This document shows, in pieces, positions 48,469 to 55,551 of a DNA stretch of 64,000 nt. The position numbers and the translations under genes are program-made. Position 1 is the first letter of the stretch. Each line of letters starts with the position of its first letter. Source of the DNA: an uncultured Alphaproteobacteria bacterium. GTDB taxonomy: Bacteria > Pseudomonadota > Alphaproteobacteria > Rs-D84. The DNA is taken from assembly GCA_949878575.1 (NCBI GenBank), contig CATLAX010000001.1, positions 202,752 to 266,751 on the forward strand, written 5' to 3'. The notes under the pieces are model-generated. The model was given only the letters and a program-made list of their open reading frames with translations. It did no database searches and was not told the origin of the DNA.

Positions 48469-51459
48469 TTAAAATTGTGTGTCACTGCATTCTTCGGTTG
48501 ATTCCGCCCACTGTTTACATTTTGGCATGCCGAACAGGGGATAAGACTGTTTTATGCATTTTGTTGATTTTACGCATTTGTGACAGTTTAACGAATCCCA
48601 GTTAAAACTGGTGTCAATTACCTGCTTGTAATTCCACTGGTCTAACTCGTGATGTCCCGTCAGTTCGCGTTGTGCGGCTGATGTTCCGCCTTTGCTATGG
48701 TCGGCGGTGGCCTGGGCAATGGTTCCGCCAACCAGTGCCGCGGCACCGACACCGGCAGCTGCAACGGTTGCAATGCCTGTTGCCGTAAGGGCAGAACCTG
48801 CCGCGAATATAGATGCAGCAGTGGTTGTAGTTATTGTTGCAGTTGATGTTATGGTGGCTGCTGGTATTGTTATAGCAACCCCAGTGATTGCGGGCATTTC
48901 TGCTGTCAAAGATATTGTAGTGGTAGCTGCAGCTGTTGCCAATGGGGCTCCTGTTCCAAGGGTTAACACGGTTACAGCAACAGAGGCGGCGACAACGACT
49001 CCGACAACCAGCCACATTCCCCAGCCGCTGGGTGGCGGCGGCGACATGGGCAGGGATGCCGCATCAGCCAAGCTGACACATGATATTCGTGCTGCCTCAC
49101 GCCGAACATCCTTGGCATTTTCTCCTTTTATTTTCGCTTGGCGCTCGGCCATGGTTATGTAATCTTTCATTTGTTGATTATATGCAATATCATATTTTTT
49201 ATAATAATTTGCTTTGGCGGCATTAAGTGCAGATGTGGCGATAATATTACGCATTTGTTTGGTAAGCTCTGGGAAACGTGCAATCTTTTCTCCGCTGACC
49301 GGAGCGTCTTTCATTCCCTGAACTCTGCGCCCGGTCATACAGAATTGTACAGTTGGATCTGATTCAATGGCTGCTACCGCGGTATTGATTTGAGATTTTA
49401 ATTTTGTTATTTCTCGGGCGACTTTTTCTTTTGTGGACGGTTGCATTTTGGATGCATCAATTGATTTAAAATATTCTTCGGCGCTGGGAATATTGCCGTT
49501 GACGTCTATGTTTAACTGCTCCCAAAACATGATGCCGTCAATTACAGACACGAATGGCACAACAGGTCCCAGCTCACCTGTGGTTGAACCCGGTACACGA
49601 CCCAATTCAATATCTTGGATTTGATCAATGCTGGTGCGACATTGTGAATAGTCAATTTCAGCGTTATCGCCATTAATTTTATAATAACAAATACCATAGC
49701 TTAGACTACCTGTACCTATATGGTCGTCTGTTGCTATGGCGTTACAGTTTTCTGTATCGCCGCAGACCTTAATCATGGCTTCATCGGCGGCGTTCTGGCA
49801 GAATTCCATCATATTATTATCAATACCGAGCATGATACCCTGTACCATTCGGTCCAGTTCGTCGTACACCGCATCGCCGCGTATGTCCTTGCCTTCTTTC
49901 TGATACACCTGCTGGCAACCGGTTAGTTTGTCATACGGGCACATGCGGATGATGGTATCCGTATCCAGTCCGACGCACTGTGTGTAATCCTTGCCACAGC
50001 GGTCGTCAGACTGCAGACACTGTTTTACCTCATTGGTGCAGCTGTCAACACGCATGGACGCCAGGCGGGCGTAAACATAGTCCATGATAAGTGGTTCTGC
50101 GGCCTCGCACGGGTCTATTTGAACCTTGCACAAAGAACGCACTGTTTCGGGCCGCGACAGGCACATGTCGTATGAGCCGTCAGGATCGTTAGGATCCATG
50201 GTGTCCTTGCACGCTTTTTGGAAACATGCGGATATGTTGGATATGCAGGATGTTCTTAAATCGGATTCCGCCAAGAGTTCCGCAGTTTTGATTTGCGGTG
50301 CAACCTCACGCAAAAAAGTGTCCCAGACCTGGTCTTTGACGGCGACGCAGGAATTGGTAATGCTCATGCACATGGGCTTTTTTGATTCCAGAGCATCATA
50401 AGAGGAAGCGGCGATGGAGATTTTGGTTGCGCTGCCCTTAATGTCGTACATTTTCATTTTGGATTTTGCGCCGACGGACTGTTTTGCGTTTTCAGCGGCG
50501 GCAATACCGACACAACCCTTGAAATCGTCACCGCATCCGGCCGTTGTTGCCATGCACTTTTTAAATTCCACCGTGCACTGGCCCAAATCGTACTTGTTCG
50601 CCGTCCGCAGCTGCTCGTACGCGGATGTGCGCATTGCGCGCTGGGCCTCTGATAAACGTGTTTCCGCCGTGCGGCGCTGTTCTTTGATGGCGTTTTCATA
50701 TGCGGCGCAGTCCCCGCGAATTTTCCCGTTATATATTGTGCGCAGCATTGTTTCAGATTGCTTGCATTCCGGCATGCGTTCCATGCATATTGCAATTGCG
50801 CTGCCATAAAGTTCTTCACCGGTTTTATTTTTTTCATCACTGTTATCGGATGTGTCAGTATCCGTTTGCTGGTTCCACAGTGCCGTGTCTATTTTTTTAC
50901 GGGTCGTGCTGGGGGCGGATAGATTTGAAATGGAGACACCTGTTTCTATGGCCTCAACGCCGACAGTCGCCAATGAATAGCTTTGCTGGTCCAGTTTTTC
51001 TATTTCCGCCAATACAGCATCCAGTTCGGCGTTTCTGTTACTGCATAAACAGCGGCCGCCGTTGACATTTTCCATCATGCAAAAAGCGTCCAGGCATCCG
51101 TTGAATTTTTCCTGACAGTTGTCGGCAACAACAGTGTTTTGGCCGGCGGCGGCGACTTTTGTTCCCGTGCCGATAACCTTTTGTGTTGCGCCCGCGCGGG
51201 CCGCGACGGTGTTTGCGGTGCCACTGTTTGCCGGGGTGCCGCGTTGAACGGTTGTGCGTCCGGCGGTTGCACTGCGCACTGCGGATGGCGCGCCCGTCAC
51301 GGGTGCGGTTCGTGTGGCACTGCGTGCAGATACGGATTTTGTGCCCGCCACCGGCGCCGCGGTACCCGCGCCGCCGCCCCGCCGCTGTTGCGGCGTGGCG
51401 GAAAAGCCTTGCAAGGTAAATAATGTAATGGAAACAGCAACGGCTATATATTTGTGCAT
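48469..51459 (-). CDS. large secreted cysteine-rich protein, paralog A (CRP-A), with a C-terminal hydrophobic A/T/G/V-rich insert
   Basis: 996-aa ORF. Signal peptide MHKYIAVAVSITLFTLQGFS|AT. Basic R/S/A/T/G low-complexity region. Many spaced Cys residues (CQEKFNGCLDAFCMMENVNGGRCLCSNRNAELD...). Conserved C-terminus ...ECSDTQF. Unknown family. Confidence 0.8.
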   Translation of the reverse strand: MHKYIAVAVSITLFTLQGFSATPQQRRGGGAGTAAPVAGTKSVSARSATRTAPVTGAPSAVRSATAGRTTVQRGTPANSGTANTVAARAGATQKVIGTGTKVAAAGQNTVVADNCQEKFNGCLDAFCMMENVNGGRCLCSNRNAELDAVLAEIEKLDQQSYSLATVGVEAIETGVSISNLSAPSTTRKKIDTALWNQQTDTDTSDNSDEKNKTGEELYGSAIAICMERMPECKQSETMLRTIYNGKIRGDCAAYENAIKEQRRTAETRLSEAQRAMRTSAYEQLRTANKYDLGQCTVEFKKCMATTAGCGDDFKGCVGIAAAENAKQSVGAKSKMKMYDIKGSATKISIAASSYDALESKKPMCMSITNSCVAVKDQVWDTFLREVAPQIKTAELLAESDLRTSCISNISACFQKACKDTMDPNDPDGSYDMCLSRPETVRSLCKVQIDPCEAAEPLIMDYVYARLASMRVDSCTNEVKQCLQSDDRCGKDYTQCVGLDTDTIIRMCPYDKLTGCQQVYQKEGKDIRGDAVYDELDRMVQGIMLGIDNNMMEFCQNAADEAMIKVCGDTENCNAIATDDHIGTGSLSYGICYYKINGDNAEIDYSQCRTSIDQIQDIELGRVPGSTTGELGPVVPFVSVIDGIMFWEQLNIDVNGNIPSAEEYFKSIDASKMQPSTKEKVAREITKLKSQINTAVAAIESDPTVQFCMTGRRVQGMKDAPVSGEKIARFPELTKQMRNIIATSALNAAKANYYKKYDIAYNQQMKDYITMAERQAKIKGENAKDVRREAARISCVSLADAASLPMSPPPPSGWGMWLVVGVVVAASVAVTVLTLGTGAPLATAAATTTISLTAEMPAITGVAITIPAATITSTATITTTTAASIFAAGSALTATGIATVAAAGVGAAALVGGTIAQATADHSKGGTSAAQRELTGHHELDQWNYKQVIDTSFNWDSLNCHKCVKSTKCIKQSYPLFGMPKCKQWAESTEECSDTQF
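49907..50616 (-). repeat. near-identical tract shared with CRP-B (copy 1)
   Basis: Matches 52538-53247 at a constant offset of 2631 bp. I saw only two mismatches (49927, 49954). The flanks are clearly diverged. Reverse-frame ORFs 50126-50401 and 52757-53032 are identical. Confidence 0.9.
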
Positions 51460-51471
51460 TTTGTATCCTGG

Positions 51472-54198
51472 CTAAAATTGTATGTCGTTACATGTTTCGT
51501 GTTCTTCGCCCCATGTTCTGCAGTTTTTGCCTTTCATCTTAGAGCAGGGCTGTTTACGTATGCATCTGTGGCAAACCAGTGTTTCCCAGTTAAACGTTGA
51601 TGTCACGTTTTCTTTGTAGCTGCGCGTATTGGTGGTTGAGTATCCGATTAATATTTTATTTTCGTTGTCGGTGTTTTTATCCCATCCTTTGGATGACACG
51701 TTAATAGATGTTTTTCCGTAATTTACGCATGCCTGGCGCGCAATTTCACGACGTGCGTCCAGTTCGTTGTCGGCGCTGGCCTGGGCAACGCGTTCGGCCA
51801 GGGCAATCATGTCTTTGGAAATATTTTTGTCTATTTCGTCATATTTCTTGTAATAGTTCTCTTTTGCGGCCGCAATTGCGCCTGCGGCAACAATCATGCG
51901 CATTTGAGCGGTTAATTGCGGGAATCGTGCAATGTCGTTGCGGCCGAATGTGTCAACTGTGCGACCGTCTGTTCCGGTTCTGCGCATTCCCTGGACCTGG
52001 CGGCCGGTCATGCAGTACTGAACGGTCGGGTCTGTTTCAATGGCCTGGATTGCCATGTTGATGCTGTTGGTTACGACGGCCAGCTCAGATTTTAGCTTGT
52101 TTTTTTCTTCCTCTGTTATATTGGGGGAAAATTTGGAAATTGCCTCGTCTATGTTTGTAATTTTGCCGTTTTCGTCAAAATCCAGCATTTCCCATGCAAT
52201 CTGACCATCAACCTTGGCGCCGAATAGTTTTACGGCGTTGTTGTTGCGTCCCAGCGATGTATCCGGTATTTGCGCGGTGTTTGTATAACATCTGCTGGTT
52301 GGCTGATTGTTTTCATATTCACAAATCTTGTAATCCAGGCTGCGGGAACCGATGTTGTCGTCCACGGCCAGTCCGTTACAGTTTTCTGTATCGCCGCAGA
52401 CCTTAATCATGGCTTCATCGGCGGCATTCTGGCAATATTGCATCATATTGTTGTCAATGCCAAGCATGATGCCCTGAATCATTTCTGAAATATTGTCATA
52501 AACATTATTTCCTTTGATGTCATCTTCTTTGCCGTAGACCTGCTGGCAACCGGTTAGCTTGTCATACGGGCACATGCGGATGATTGTATCCGTATCCAGT
52601 CCGACGCACTGTGTGTAATCCTTGCCACAGCGGTCGTCAGACTGCAGACACTGTTTTACCTCATTGGTGCAGCTGTCAACACGCATGGACGCCAGGCGGG
52701 CGTAAACATAGTCCATGATAAGTGGTTCTGCGGCCTCGCACGGGTCTATTTGAACCTTGCACAAAGAACGCACTGTTTCGGGCCGCGACAGGCACATGTC
52801 GTATGAGCCGTCAGGATCGTTAGGATCCATGGTGTCCTTGCACGCTTTTTGGAAACATGCGGATATGTTGGATATGCAGGATGTTCTTAAATCGGATTCC
52901 GCCAAGAGTTCCGCAGTTTTGATTTGCGGTGCAACCTCACGCAAAAAAGTGTCCCAGACCTGGTCTTTGACGGCGACGCAGGAATTGGTAATGCTCATGC
53001 ACATGGGCTTTTTTGATTCCAGAGCATCATAAGAGGAAGCGGCGATGGAGATTTTGGTTGCGCTGCCCTTAATGTCGTACATTTTCATTTTGGATTTTGC
53101 GCCGACGGACTGTTTTGCGTTTTCAGCGGCGGCAATACCGACACAACCCTTGAAATCGTCACCGCATCCGGCCGTTGTTGCCATGCACTTTTTAAATTCC
53201 ACCGTGCACTGGCCCAAATCGTACTTGTTCGCCGTCCGCAGCTGCTCTAATGCGGCGTCGCGCAGAGCCTTTTCTGCGGCGGATAATTTTTGCTGGCTGG
53301 CATTTCTTTGCTGTTTAAGGCTGTTTTCATATGCCGTGCAATCGGATTTTATACGCTGGCTGTACATCATTTGCAACATTGACATTTCGCCGCCGCATTC
53401 CGGTATTTGGGCGGCACATATTTCCGCCGCCGCACGATGCAGTGCGTCGCCTTCTTTGCCTTCTATGGGGTCGTTTGAGCTGTCAAATATATTGTCATCA
53501 CTATCATCCGTAAATACGGCGGTTGTGTCCCACAGTGACATATCCAGTTTGCGGCGGGTTGTCTTTTTGTCTTCATCCTTGCCGTTTATTACAGATTGTG
53601 CAACAGCGTTTGCATTTGCGATGGCCTGTTCGGCATCCGTGCCCATTTCTATTTTTTCAACGCCGACGGTTGCCATTTGATAGCTTTGCTGGTCCAGTTT
53701 TTCTATTTCCGCCAATACAGCATCCAGTTCGGCGTTTCTGTTACTGCATATGCAGCGACCGCCGCTGGCGTTGTCTATCATGCAGAAAGAATCCATACAG
53801 CCGTCGTATTTTTGTTGGCACGCTTCGCTGACGACCACATTTTTTGCGGCGGCTGTGACTTTTGTTCCAGTGCCTATAACCTTTTGTGTCGCGCCCGCGC
53901 GTGCCGCGACGGTTGCGCTGCGTGCTGCTACGCTGGTGGTGTTCCCGGTGGCGGCGGGGGCGCCGCGCTGAACGGTTGTGCGTCCGGCGGTTGCACTGCG
54001 CGCCGCGGACGAGTTGCCCGCCACAGGTGCGGTTCGTGTGGCACTGCGTGCAGATACAGCACTGCGTGCCGATACGGCGGTATTATCGCCGCTGCCGGCA
54101 TTTGTCGTGACGCCGCCGCGCCGCTGCTGTGGCGCCGCCCCAAAAGCATTGGAAAGTATTCCAGATAACACAAGAACGCAAACAGTCAGTTTTTGCAT
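51472..54198 (-). CDS. large secreted cysteine-rich protein, paralog B (CRP-B)
   Basis: The ATG at 54198 follows AAGGGA. Signal peptide MQKLTVCVLVLSGILSNAFG|AA. ARSA-repeat basic region. Same Cys scaffold as CRP-A. C-terminus ...ETCNDIQF. Its stop is 12 nt before the CRP-A start. Confidence 0.8.
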   Translation of the reverse strand: MQKLTVCVLVLSGILSNAFGAAPQQRRGGVTTNAGSGDNTAVSARSAVSARSATRTAPVAGNSSAARSATAGRTTVQRGAPAATGNTTSVAARSATVAARAGATQKVIGTGTKVTAAAKNVVVSEACQQKYDGCMDSFCMIDNASGGRCICSNRNAELDAVLAEIEKLDQQSYQMATVGVEKIEMGTDAEQAIANANAVAQSVINGKDEDKKTTRRKLDMSLWDTTAVFTDDSDDNIFDSSNDPIEGKEGDALHRAAAEICAAQIPECGGEMSMLQMMYSQRIKSDCTAYENSLKQQRNASQQKLSAAEKALRDAALEQLRTANKYDLGQCTVEFKKCMATTAGCGDDFKGCVGIAAAENAKQSVGAKSKMKMYDIKGSATKISIAASSYDALESKKPMCMSITNSCVAVKDQVWDTFLREVAPQIKTAELLAESDLRTSCISNISACFQKACKDTMDPNDPDGSYDMCLSRPETVRSLCKVQIDPCEAAEPLIMDYVYARLASMRVDSCTNEVKQCLQSDDRCGKDYTQCVGLDTDTIIRMCPYDKLTGCQQVYGKEDDIKGNNVYDNISEMIQGIMLGIDNNMMQYCQNAADEAMIKVCGDTENCNGLAVDDNIGSRSLDYKICEYENNQPTSRCYTNTAQIPDTSLGRNNNAVKLFGAKVDGQIAWEMLDFDENGKITNIDEAISKFSPNITEEEKNKLKSELAVVTNSINMAIQAIETDPTVQYCMTGRQVQGMRRTGTDGRTVDTFGRNDIARFPQLTAQMRMIVAAGAIAAAKENYYKKYDEIDKNISKDMIALAERVAQASADNELDARREIARQACVNYGKTSINVSSKGWDKNTDNENKILIGYSTTNTRSYKENVTSTFNWETLVCHRCIRKQPCSKMKGKNCRTWGEEHETCNDIQF
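52538..53247 (-). repeat. near-identical tract shared with CRP-A (copy 2)
   Basis: See 49907-50616. Confidence 0.9.
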
Positions 54199-54394
54199 AA
54201 AATATCCCTTCAACATTCATTTGATTTTATCATATTTTCATGCTTTTTAAAAATTGTTTTTTTCTTATTATTACAGTATGTGACAAATAAATCAGTTGGC
54301 TGATGCTTTGTGTAAAAAAACGGGGCAACGGCTCCGATTTTTGTAGACGTTTGTCTGGGGATGAAAGAAAACAGTGCTTATACTCTGCCGGGAC

Positions 54395-55453
54395 TTAATC
54401 GGCCAGGGCGCCCAGGTCCGTAATTACGCGCACGCCGTCTGATTCCCAGGCGGCAATGCGTTCTTCTAAATCCATTATGTTTGTTGCGCCCAGGTATAGT
54501 ACGGGGCTTAAGTTTAATTCCGCGGCGCGCGCCCGTACTGCGGCAACCGGACTGGGGCATGTGCGGCCGGTGGCAAACCATGTTTCGTCATCGGCAATCC
54601 AAAAGTCCGTGTCAACATGTGCGGCTATTATAACATCGTCAGATATTATGAATTCCCCGTCGGTGTTTGCGTTTCGGCCCATTGCGACAAGTGTGCCGAT
54701 TAAGTCATTGTTTGTGGATGTCTGTTGTGGCGGCGGCGGTGTTTCGGAATCTTTTCCTGTGGCAGGTTGTTCCGGTACAGGCTTGTCATCCGTGGTGTCA
54801 AAGCTGATTTCTGTGAATTCCGGCATGGCGGATAAAGGCGTGGCGAAATCTGATGCGCCGTCGGTATCAAAGTCTGTCGGCAGGGGGAAATCTGAAGCAT
54901 TTTCCTCTATCGTGCGCATGTCGTCAGCCGGGGCGGGTTCTGGTTTTGTGACCGCAGACACGTCAAACGCGGATATTGCGTGGCGTATACTGTCGCCGCG
55001 GCGTATGCGGATAAATGCCTGGCGCAGTTCTGTGGGCATTTCCGGGGGCAGGGGTGGTTCGACCGCAGGCTTTGTCTCGGGGGCGGGGGGCTCGGGCTGC
55101 GCGGGTGGTACCGGTGCCGGCGCCGGTGTCGGCGGCGGTGGGACAAATGCACGTTTTATAATGTTGGGCATGGAAATGGAAAACAGAAATTTTTTGTTGC
55201 GCATTATAACCGTGGTTGTTGCAATGTACATCGGAATGGCGGCAAGAATTAAAATTCCGAATACAAATCCGCCAAATCCGTGCAGATGCGACGATGCCAG
55301 CTTTGTCCATGCCGCGATGGAAAACATGTTGAAATTAAACAGCCATGTCAATATTGCCCACATTATGCATACATAGCATGCTGTCCATGTTATGGCATAA
55401 AAATGGCTCTTGATAAAATCTCTGATTGATTTCATGTGATGAATTATGGACAA
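54395..55453 (-). CDS. hypothetical membrane protein: N-terminal TM bundle, proline-rich linker, acidic C-terminal domain
   Basis: TM segments AITWTACYVCIMWAILTWLF and GGFVFGILILAAIPMYIATTTVI. Linker PPPPTPAPAPVPPAQPEPPAPETKPAVEPPLPPEMP. No family recognised. Confidence 0.65.
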   Translation of the reverse strand: MSIIHHMKSIRDFIKSHFYAITWTACYVCIMWAILTWLFNFNMFSIAAWTKLASSHLHGFGGFVFGILILAAIPMYIATTTVIMRNKKFLFSISMPNIIKRAFVPPPPTPAPAPVPPAQPEPPAPETKPAVEPPLPPEMPTELRQAFIRIRRGDSIRHAISAFDVSAVTKPEPAPADDMRTIEENASDFPLPTDFDTDGASDFATPLSAMPEFTEISFDTTDDKPVPEQPATGKDSETPPPPQQTSTNNDLIGTLVAMGRNANTDGEFIISDDVIIAAHVDTDFWIADDETWFATGRTCPSPVAAVRARAAELNLSPVLYLGATNIMDLEERIAAWESDGVRVITDLGALAD

Positions 55454-55551
55454 AATTAATTAATTTGTCAATATAATAAAATGTCCTAAAAAACACTTTT
55501 TTTTAACGCGCATTTGCGGTATAATAAAACAGATAGAAAGGGAGAGTTTTC

